Positions 13,601 to 25,600 of a stretch of DNA of 64,000 nt are shown here, piece by piece. Source of the stretch: Lingula anatina (lineage: Eukaryota; Animalia; Brachiopoda); NCBI GenBank assembly GCA_051362555.1, contig CM120640.1, positions 51,686,788 to 51,750,787 on the forward strand, in the 5' to 3' direction. The notes beneath the pieces were generated by a model that did no database searches, was not told the origin of the DNA, and was given only the letters and a program-made list of their open reading frames with translations. The position numbers and the translations under genes are program-made. Position 1 is the stretch's first letter; each line of letters opens with the position of its first letter.

Positions 13601-16600
13601 TGCTCTTTGATAGCAACACACAAGCCCACACTGCTTGACGGCAATCTTACATGTCGCCTTTGCCACTAAAGATAAGATATAAGATTTTATGAATGAAACC
13701 TTGGCAAATAAATGTTAAGAAACTCAAATATGGGAAAGGTCGTAGATTTTTGAATGAGTGTGGAGATTTTCTGCAAATAGTGCATATCTTTTGTGGTCAA
13801 ACAGTGTAATGGCCCCTACCTCGCATAATACTTAAAAGCATTATTGCAGTTTTATTTCTCTGACACAGTAGAAGCATGCTCCCATTCAGGTTTTACTTTT
13901 GCTGCACCATTCATGTTAAGATGCATTCCACATGTGGCAAGATTTTTCAGTCTCTTTACCCAGCGCCTTGTGTATACATTCCTGTGATATGACCATTCTA
14001 ATACTAAACCTCTCAAGTGGCCCAGGCATAGAGCCTCTGTCCAACTCAGGTGGGCATTTTATTTTAGTGCATGGCAGATGGGGAGGTGTTTATTTAGCTG
14101 AGCAGGGAGAGAGGTTAAGTCCCCCTTCAAATGTGCCCGAGTGGAGAGCAATTTTCTGTCAGTAAATCTCTACAACAAGCCACTTGAAGTCCAGATTAAA
14201 TTCAAACCTGGATTTGGCTGAATGTAATAACCCTCACTAAATTTCTGATCAATCTTTTTTATCAAGTGTTTCTGTCTTATGTAATAAGTAAGTCTAGTGT
14301 TACAAATACTGATTGCTCTATCTAAGAAGGACTTCCTCTTCCCCTCATAGGTGTGCACAGATAATCAACTTTCAACTTTTCACAACTTCTAGCTTCTAAG
14401 CCATTTAAGATATCCATAAAACAATAATTTCACCCAAAACATCCTATCAGCTAGCATGATAGAATCAGGTCCATACCTCAGATAATTGAGTAAGAATGGG
14501 AGATGATGCGATAGTGAACCCAAAAGGGAAGATTGTGCCCAGATAGGAACAAGACGGGTATGACAAATAAATGTTAACTGTATCTTGTCTGCATGCAAAT
14601 GGTGTCTTGAAGGCAGCAACCTGCTGTCACCTATCAGTAAAATGACAGGGTGCATTACATAGGCTATCTACAGCATCAAATTTATGGGCTGTCATTGGTG
14701 CTAGAGCAGGGAGATAATTACTACCTACAAATGGATGTAGAGACAAATAATATTATGTCGATCACTAAGTAAAGATTACACCTGTGATCATACAGGTGAA
14801 AGGGAGTTTATAGTAAAGATAGTTGGGACTCCCCCAGGCTGGTCTGTGTATAGACACTATTGACTGGGTCTGGTACTTGGTCTGGGACCTGATTAGTAGG
14901 TAGAATGATTCATCAGATAAATTTCAACTGATAAATAAGTGAAGTCTCTCACTTGAAAATTTTGATAAAGAGACAGTGTTTGACTTTGTGCTGCTTGTAC
15001 ATATGGCTGTGTGTTTGTGGGAGCGTGATCAACACCTCCACTTCTGGTCCAAGATAAGCACTGAATTTGTGATAGTATTGTTTACCAAAAAGATAGGCAC
15101 CTCTCTCTAGTTCTAGAAAACCAACCTTAGCCATGTCTTGGAACAGCCTAGCTAGTTTGAGGATAGACAGTGCTTTAACTTGAGACAGTGTTGCTCTTAT
15201 CTCGGGCAGATTGCTCTGTGGGCAATCTAAACACTGGCTTGGCTTGTAGAGACCACATAGTGGAGGAGGAACAGGAAAAGAGTGGGTCTACAGGATTATA
15301 AAAGCAATGTGAGCAGTTAATGCAATAAGACTCCTCGCTTTGTTCACAGAACAAGCTTATTCAGGGGGACAAAGCACCTTCCTTGTTGCCTTTATGCTAT
15401 GTTTGATCTCTTTCTTAATGTGCTTATCAATAAATATAATCAAACTGACTTCAAATAAAGAAAAACCGACAGAAATATATATTAGTTAAATCTTGCAACT
15501 GGCCGCAGCATGTTATTGTATGATGAACTAGCTGTAAGGACAAAACAACTCCGAAGGGGCAGGGGTACAATGGGCCGCACCCCAATCGCATGATTCATGG
15601 AGCAACTTCGGCAGCTGTTTCCCCCACACAAATGTCCCATGCATTGTTGGGTTTACAAAACTTTTAATGCTGCATTGATTCACAAAATTACATTTTATCA
15701 CCACAACAAGTTTCAGGAAGATCCTGACACTAACCATTATATTGGGCATAGTGAGTCGATGGCAGCAAAAAATGCTTGATGATATCAAGTTGTGCCATCT
15801 CTCTGCAGTCTCGGATAATTGCCGTGGTTCAGATTACAGGGTTTTTTTTCAGTAAATATACTGTATTAGGGCACTTAAGTATTATTCTTATACATCACAT
15901 AACCATCACTTTAAGTTCTATTTAAGTCACACAGTAACCAATTTATTACAACTCGAGTGTAAAGAAGAGGAAATGCTACAAGACATGTGGGAATAGGTCA
16001 ATTTAAAGTGAATAGAATTTATCTAAAATAGAAATTTAGCTCTATAAGGAAGCTGCTATATCAGTCTTATTTAGCACTTTACAAATTGTAAGTTTGGGAC
16101 ATTGAAAAAGATTAATAGAGTCAGTGGAAGTGATTACTTGATTTTTAGTTGGAGCGCAGGAAACCTTTTGGCCTGAGTTGTGTGAGGGAAAGGGTTTGAT
16201 TCAAGAGGGTCTTCCTGTCCCTAAAGTTAGGATGTGTACTAACTGCTGAGAATACTGACACAAAAAGTGCAAGTGTCACTCCAACTCGGGTCCTAGAACA
16301 TGTACCCAGTAGCAGGTGGCTCACACACGCACACACACTTTCTGTTACTGTCAGTTTAAATTGTTTAAAAACTTTTAAATAACTTTTTTCTGAAAATAGA
16401 CAAGAAAAGGGGGTGTTATGCAATCTGGTTGTTTTTATTTGCCACTTAAGTGTTTTTCTTTTATTTATTCAATGATGAGTATTGTATAGAATTTGGAATG
16501 GAATGAGGTAACCCGCACAGTTAAAGGAGTGCAACTCTCAATTTCAGCAGGATGAATTCATTTACTTTTAAAACTTTGTTACTTAAAATTATTGGAGGCC

Positions 16601-19600
16601 ACCAGTATTATGCTGTTTAACCAGCAGAACCATTTGACATGGAAATTGATCCAAGCTGCTGTTATTTTCTCAAGCAATCAAAGCAGTGTTCAGCCTGGCT
16701 TGTAAATCTTCCCAGCTTGACGGCACTGGGGAGGATGGGGGAGACATTGCTCTGACCATTATCTCCACTTTTGTGTGATGGCCATGATAGGGTTTCCTGT
16801 TGTGTCTGTCTTATCAAAGCTGGCAGAGACAAAGTAAGGATCAGATGCCAGATTAGAGAGAGGGGGGGACTTGAAGAAAAAGAGTAAAATCCAGAGAAAA
16901 TCGTAGTCAGTCAGTTGGTCATTGCCATTATTGTGGAGGATGTTGGTAGCTCTCACAGGATGACATGTTAACTTGGCACTGTTGATCTTTCAGAATTAAG
17001 GAAGAAGTCACACAGTTGTTAATTACTTGGTTGGCTGATTAATTGGTCTATATTGGGTATTAACTGACCAGGTTGCCTGCCAGCCAGCCTCCTTGTTAAT
17101 GATACTGTAGTGAGTGGCTTAATCTCACCAGGAGGTGCTGGTGTGTGAAGTAACTGATTAAGAACATCCTCAGGAAGTTACTGCATTACTACTACCCATG
17201 ACCACTGACCAGTGCAGGTCAGTTTGCATGGTGATTCTGGACATGGCAGACATAAAACTTTTTAGGACTACTTTACTATGGATTTTACCATTCCTTTATG
17301 GATTTACAACTGTATCAACTGCAACATACAGAAGTAAGTTAATTGGATTTAACTGTATATCAGTGGATTTTTTTTTTTTTTTTGTGAGAGGAAATTGATT
17401 TTATCTTTATTATAGTTCATTAGTGTACTGTTTTAACTACAATTGAAGTTATTGTAATTTTTATTTTTTTCTCAAAGGAAAAAGTGCTATAAGTAAGCAA
17501 GAATTAATGAACTGTCTGTAGAAAAGGTGTTTCTAATAATCAGAGTGTAGATCTAAGTAACTCTAATATTGGACAGTGAGATTAGGGTGCCTTGTATAAC
17601 CTTTTAGCATCATCAGCTTTTGGTAGCCCGGAGTTATGTAATGTTTAGACAGTCTCAAACTTCAGAGGATTAGTGCAGAGGTATGTGTACTGAATTACCC
17701 CAATATTATGGAGAGGAGCCCAGGTAGCAAGAAGAATAGACTTCTTGTCATCTTTTATTTTCTAAATGACATGCTTTTCATTAGCCCTTGGTGTCAGGCA
17801 GAGTAGGGAAATCCCAGGAAGGAGAAAAGCAAATCATTGAAAAGTAAATCTCATTAAGAGACTTAATCTTATTGAAAAGGCTGAGTAAGAATAGGGCTAA
17901 TTTTAGATTGATGAGTTGAAGAGTTGAAGTAGAGGTATTTATAAGCATGACTTAGTTTTCAAAAAAAAAAGTGACCATCATCGCTTGATGTAAATGTGCA
18001 CATGTTGTGTATCACCATTAGAAGTAGCCTGTGAAATGGGCACCAGTATTAAATGGCATGTTTAATCAGTACCCTGTATCCCTGTGTACACAACTGTCAA
18101 GTCAACTAGAATGATGCTACCTGAATTTACAGATCATTTTTATCTTCTTACCCTGGGAAAGATTCACTAAGATTTTCACGAATCCTATGAGCATGGTACT
18201 CTATGGTGCAGGAATTGTGCTGGATTTACTTTGCTTAGAGCAGATCAGGCAATTACATTGCACTAAATGTCAAAAGACTTCACAAACTACAGTAATTAAG
18301 ATCTGCCTGTAAATGTCACCATTTTACCTCTTAACTGTCAGAGCTACAGTTCCTAATTAGCCTGCACCTCAAGCAGTTTGTATTGGCAATCAGAAAACAG
18401 GAAAATTGACAAATGGAGTATCAATTTATTACTTGAAAATATTCCACTTGGCTGAACAACTGTGGTCCTGAGAGAGTGCAAGGCAGTGCAGTGTGGTGTG
18501 GCAGGTGTGAAGTGGACTTCAGAGTGACCAATGGGCATGATGACCAATGTCACTGGGGATTGACCCATGCTGGGCAGTTAAACACTAGTGTGTAGCAAAG
18601 TGGAGCCAACTGAAATAAAAAAGGTTGACTGGCCAACTGAATCAACCACTCCTTATTTTTGACAAGTCTGTGATATTTTATTGTCTTGAGTGAACGTTAT
18701 CAAGCACTATCTCTGGGTACTGGGTACATTGGGCAAATTATCAAGAATACTGGCATGCAAAAATGAATTTTGATTTTCATCAAAGCATGACAGATTTAGA
18801 TTAAATGAAGGTAATTTTACTGTCTGAGGAACCAGAAACATGACTTTCATGGCAGTTCATGGCATTTGTTATGAAGCCTGTCCACTTTGAGTGTTAATCA
18901 CCATTGTAATTCCAACCCTACACCTGAAACAGCCTTTGAGATTTTGCTTCAAACAGAACCTTGTCAAAGTCTGGGGATTTATGTCTATTGCCATGACAAC
19001 AGCACCAAACTTGATCCCAGTCCTGTAGTAAATTTCAATGTTGAACTAAGGGAGGTTGAAATAGATAGGCTTTCCTTAGTAGAAGGTTAAGAAAAAGATA
19101 ATTGAAACCATTCAGTGTTTCATATAAGATGTCAGATTTCTTGTGATAAATGTGTACTTTCCGTAGAGTGTATAGATTTGGTCACTATTCTGACCTGGCA
19201 TTTATGCTTGCTTTTTTCCCTTACTTATATTACCCTGGCTGAAAGCAGTGCTGTGATCAAAATTAAAATTGCTGACAGAAATTGTGGATGTTTGTAAGAA
19301 AGCAATAAACCACTTCATCTGGGCATTTCCTTTTCCCTCAAAGGTCACTGCAGGCATGGAAATCTACTTGAACCTGGTAAAAGCTCATTGCTTGCAAAAA
19401 CCCTGTTGAACTCCTGCAACTCAATCATAGAGTATGCTGCTGAAATAATTGGTTGAAAGGATATATTGCAAACAACTGCAATAGCATGTAATACCAGAAG
19501 CTGCTGTGTGCTTGTGACAGCTACACACATTTCTCCTATTCATTAACATATTGGGACAGTTAGGGGCAACTGAACTGAGCTGAGGTCTGGAGTATTTATT

Positions 19601-22600
19601 CATGTATCAAAAATTTTTCTTTTTTGAAAAAATAAAAATGACTGCCACAAGTTGCGATCCAGGGTTCCAACTTGACCCTCCGGCCCACTTCCTGCCCAAC
19701 CCACCCGCTCTCCACTGTGCAGGGGAGTTCCATCCAAGTCTTGATTTTTTTGGTAATGTGTAGAGAAATCAACAGGATATGACAGATTATGGAAGGACTG
19801 GTAAATTGAAATGAACAGCCTGAGCTGCATTCAAAAAATGGTTCCTATGTTCAAAATAGCACTATGACTTGAATTACATGAAATTTCATCTGTGCCCGAG
19901 GCGACTTGTCTATGTTGGTGTTTTCAGAGTCGCACATTGTTCACGTTTCAGTCTTGAAAGACAATAATGGTCTATTGTTGTGCAATATCAGTTAACTGGT
20001 AAAGTATACACCGAGAGGCAGAAAGTAATAAACCAGTCTTTGTGAGGTCCTGTTACCAGACTGCCTCAAATCTTATCTTTAAAGAAACTTACCTGAAAAA
20101 TAACGGTTGTAATAGGATCACAGAACCCCCTGACCTGACATCTTTCTTTTATAATAACATGGGTTGGCCATTCACTCATTCATTTATTCTCAGTTGTAAT
20201 GATAAATCTATTTTAAAATCCAAAGTTACATGATTGAAATGCAGTATTTTTATTTATTGTTTTTTTTTTCTCTTTCAGAAGATATTATTAGCTTTAAGGG
20301 CAGGCATACGCGTGTTATAAGGTTTAATGAGATGTCCTCAGGCAAGCTGAGGTGTAGAGTGAATGGAAATCCACAGCCAATGCTCCTCTGGTACAAGAAT
20401 GGAATATTAGTGGATCATAAAAACTGGCCAAGGTGAGTAACCTCCAACTTTAAACACATCTTTTAAAACAGCTGGGTCTTGTAAGGCAGTACATCTGGAA
20501 AGTTGTTTATCTCTTAAAATTTATCATCTGGTTGAAGCGCATGTTTGAAGAACGTGACTTTTCACCAGCAGTATATCTATTTTGCCCATTGGAATGAAAC
20601 TCCCTGGTAGAAAATCTAACCAACAATCTATTTAACCCCCCAAACATGCTTTGTTTTGACAGTTTTCTACAACCTGATATAAGACCCTGTGCCATTGCTT
20701 GTTTTAAAGAACAATTTGACATTTATGGACTACTGTAGAACAGAAGGCACCAGGGATTGCCTGGTAGCTTAATTAGGGAGGAAGATGCTGGTAAACCCTG
20801 CACCCATCTGGAAGTTGAAGTTGCTGAAACTGTGGTCTTATAGAAAGCATTTGATACCACTGAATAGGTCCATTGTTTGTGACAAATAGATGTACAACTA
20901 TTCATCATTTACCACAGAGGGGAAACTTGGCCTCAGAAAACTAACAGCAGTTATCCTTACTCATCACTACACATTGAAATAATTTGAAGAGTTAATGAGT
21001 AGCAGAAAGATCTGCTTGATTCATTGTATGGACTTATGCACCTTCCTTTTTCACATGCATCATATCCCGTAATTGTTTTAAAGTTTGCCATATTTTGTTT
21101 GTAAAGTGAACAGTTTCCACATCACACCGCACATGTCCACTTGATCAAACAACTTGTCACTCTCTCTCCATTTGCCCCTTGATTTAAGTGACTTTCCACA
21201 GTAGGAGAAATTTAATTTATTCCATCAGGGAGAAGAATAACAAGTTATCACAACGTTTTTGAGTATTTTGCTGATTGTTTTTAATCAATTGTTATTCATT
21301 AAATGGAGTTCCCACAGGAAAGGCTGGCAGGTTGTGAGGGCCGTGATGACAGGATTTTTAACTGGGAGTGATTTTTTTTCTTTTTTTTTTATTGAAAAAT
21401 AGAAAACAAAGGGAAATTTGCAGATGTTGAATTTTTCCAAAATAAACAAAATACTTTACAATTAACAAGACAGAAAAACAAAGGAAAAATTAAAAGTAAG
21501 CAGAACTTTTGATCATGAGCATAAACAATTATTATAAGCAAGATATTAAATTTTACAGAAATTTTAATCTTCATGTAACAATTTCAGATATGATGTCAGC
21601 CGTTACAGCCTTTCTATTGCCAATGTTACCCGTGAAGATGTTGGGGAGTATGGTTGTCTGGCATATAACCACCAAGGCAAGGCATGGAGGAATTTTACAG
21701 TCAAAGTAGAAGGTAGGTAGAAGACAGCATAATACATTACTTTTGTGGCGAGTCTTTGACTATAATTGCATCACAAATAGAGGAGCTGTAAACATGTTAA
21801 GTTGCACAGTTCAAGGTATAAATCAAATTCTTCGTGAAGGAACACATTACGTACTTGTACCTAAGCACAGGGGCTCCAGCCACATTCTTGAGGCAAGAGA
21901 GCATACCTGGTTTATTGATGGCATTAATGTCTCCCCTCACACATGAAGTAAAAGGGAAGCCCAACATGAAAGGTTACATGATGTACTTGGTGGTTAAGTT
22001 TTTATTACACTTTGTCTTTTCAGATCCCTACACTGGCCAAGTGTTCGAGCCAGATATAAAAACAAATGAAGATGAAAAACCCACTGGACCCAGTAAGTTG
22101 ACCCTGATATTTTATGTTGTCTATGACAGAACTCAACTGTCACCTGAACTACTGGACTTGACAAGCCAAGTTATTTCTTAGACTAAAAATCCCCTCTGAC
22201 TTGTTTTTACTGAAGAACAACATTGTTTACTGTGCATGGAGTAGACAGTGAACTCGGTACTTGAGAGTGGATACATTTCCTTCGATGTGTGTGTTTCATG
22301 CATTCCCATGCTTTCCTGCTGCTCTGTTCCATAAGCTTGTGTTTGTAGGGTAAGCAAACTGTGTCTACAGGCCTGGGGAGTCCTGGGAAAGGTAAACAGT
22401 CCACCCCCCTGGCGCTGTCAGCTGCAATGGACAGTGATGAGGGCACTCCACTAATGGTGGTGCACCTGCAAACATGCCTGGACATCAAGCCTCTAGGTGA
22501 AATGCCCCAAATTATCCTCCTCTTAATAATAATATGCTGGGGTTGAGAAGAGCTTTGTGCATTAAAGAATCACTGACACTTTGTGTATCTGTGGTCTAGG

Positions 22601-25600
22601 GTACTTGGGGCTTTTGACATTCTACATGAGAAAGGTGGGAAGTAAGTCTACTGGCTAACAGTGGGGTACGGGATGGGTTTTTAAGCCAGACTTCAAATTG
22701 AAAAGATATCATTGAAAGATAGATGTATTCAGGAATAAGGTATCTGTATTCAGAATGACACTTGGATGGAACTGCCCAGTTTGTGTTTAGGAAAAATATG
22801 TCAAGTGATAAGAGATAATAGCTTTTCCTGGGTTGTAATTGTTTCCATTTTTAGTCTAAGATAGTGTCAACTCTCATACTATCCTTAGCTCCAGAATCCT
22901 GACAAAAATGCACCAGTTGTTCGTAGCAAGATACAAAACAACTTGCATTCCACAGGTTCAGAGTAGGGGATATTATCTTTCTCATGACTTGTTTCTGGCA
23001 TTTCTTCCTTTGTCAGTAAGCTGTCAATGGTAGTATTAAATTCACTAAATCTACAGAAGTGTTGGCCTGGGAAAGTCTGACTGATGTCCAGATGTAACAT
23101 ATTCTGGTAAAGGGTCTTAACATTATTTGTTATTCAGCATACTGGTGGAGGAATTCAAGGTTGTCATGCAATATGACAGGTGAAAAATTGCTGTGAATCA
23201 GATAAAATGAAATCTTGCGGTGACCTGAATAATGCAGGCCTCCTACTGAGTCTGAAACATGCAGCCATTAGGAATTCCTGTGTAAAAAACAATAAAATTC
23301 ATTAATTTTTTGAGAAAATAACTATTACCTTCCCTTAATCAAAGTTTGAAAATCAGTAATCCTAGGTGTGTTAATGAAAAACATTTGTAGAGTTAAGATG
23401 GACAGATTGATTTTGACAGCAGTGGTCAAAGCTGTCAGAATGGGGTTTCCAAGCGGCAGACTTTGTCTTTTTCTCCTACTCTACCTCACCACAGTTTATA
23501 TGGTGAATGAATAATAGCTTCTAGCGTCTGTGAAGAAAAGGATTGGTTCAAAAAACAAGTAGAAAACAGAAAACCACACTTTGGAAACCAGTTCTTAATA
23601 GCCTTATAAATGGTTTACCAAGGTTTTTCACTTTTCACATTAGTCTGTGTGATGGAACCAAAATGGCATCTTTAATTTTTTAGGTAATCAGACTTCTTTA
23701 AATTAACCCTAATATGGTTAACTGAGGGTCACCAAGAAAGAAAACCAAAACCCTCTTCAAGAGCCAAACCATAAACTATAAGAAATTTGTTTTGAATTTC
23801 CATTGCTAAATGAGTGGTTGTGTATTGTTACTTTGACCTTTGCCAAAGAACTGGATCCTGTATTCCAATATCTTAAATCTAACATTTGACTTAATTTGCC
23901 TAATCACGTCTGGCAGTGACTTAAGGCTAAAAAGAAAAAAAAAGTCGTCTTTGCTGATGCAAAAGATGCAAAGACAGGCGTGCAAGATTTGACCCACAGC
24001 TTGTGCATGTTACTGCAAACTTTTTTGAAAAAAAAAATTGGCTATTGGTTGTTGGATGTTTTCAGCTTAGTTTGTTCCTAACAACAGTAAGGACAATTCA
24101 CAGCTGGATTTTTTACTGTTACAAAGTCTCAAATCAATGCCTCTGTGTATGGTTACACTGTTTATCTTTTGTCTATTTTGACATTCTCTTATGCTTGTTC
24201 TTGATATGACGGTGTGATCCCCCATTGTCCCTGATCACTGACTTTGAAATTTGGCCCTTTTTCTGAGCGCAGAATCTTCACAATGACGTTCTTAGTTGAG
24301 ACTCCAACTGTGATACAGAGAGAGTGTTGAAAACCAAGCTTGGAAAAATAGATAGCTGAGGAGAAAGTATTTTCTACGGGTTACTATCAGGCCTGCACCC
24401 CCAGCTTGCACCCGATAAGATCCAGGGAACAAGCAACAAGGAAAGTGCATCAGACAAGTGTTTGGCAGCTATAGTTGTTGTTCAGTGAGTTGTAAAACAA
24501 GTCCTGAAAAAGTCTGGCTTTGCAGAAAAAGTAGTGGATGATAAAGTGCAGTTAACTTGGTGTGTGTGTTGCCAGGGAATGGAGTCCAGATGTATTTGCT
24601 ATTCCCAGGCTTTTACCCCACTGCCTGGGTGGCTGTGTGGCCTCCAAATGGCAAGACTTTCTACTCCTGTAATGTTAAGTAAATTTTGCTGTAATTTCTA
24701 TCTTTATACCTGCATGCCTTGCTTATTTTGGTTCTTGTTGCATCACTTGCTCATATCCCAGAACCATGCACCTTTAATGAGTGTGTAGTGGAAATTATCA
24801 GATCTGAGGGCCTGGGAATTGGTCTTCAGATCAGATCACTTTTGAAAAACTGAAATGGATCATGTTTTTCACTGACAAATAATCAAGAACAAATGGGCTG
24901 AATTCACCTGCAGTAGGTGCCCAGGAAAAAAAACTACCTCATCTACTTGGTCATTTATCAATCTCCCACAGGGAGCATTAACCTTGTCTAATGAAAGAGC
25001 CAGACTAGCACACGTCTCTGCCCCCAGTTCACACAATACCCAGATGACCAGGGCTTTAAGTTAATGATAGAGGGGCTGTATGGTCACTTAGGCTGTGCTC
25101 TGCGATGCCTGTTGAGTACAATAATCTAAGATGGCGCAGTCTGTGGTAATAATGAGCAGGTGTGTCAGGTTATGCAAGTAGTGATGATCCCCCTCGTATC
25201 CCACCTGTCCAGGGCCCTGGAAAAGAAACCCAGATAGAATTTCAAGAAAATGACTTTCTTTTCACCCACATGTTTTGCCCTCCTCTGTTTGAAAATTTGA
25301 TGGCATGGGAAATTTGCAGGGTGTATTTGTGGAAAGATCGCAGTCTTTTGTGCAGAAAATTGCCGTCCCTCCCCTGATAACCCTACCTTTGTGGGAGAAA
25401 ACTAGGAGTTGGAAGTCTCATCTTGTTTTCTCACGATTAATATCATAGGTTATGCTATTGTTATCAAGAATAAGTAAATTAGTATTATATTCCTCTACCA
25501 AATTTATTATTATAAATGTGACTTATTGATATGTTGTTTAGGTTTGAGAACTAAATATCCCTTGATTTTGACTTTATAGACAAAGCTTATGTACACATGT

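Noticed and set aside
15597-15755. ATG-initiated ORF ending at a phase-1 GTGAGT donor in FGFR intron 1
   Set aside because: In frame with Ig-I, but it encodes no hydrophobic signal peptide; no other support.
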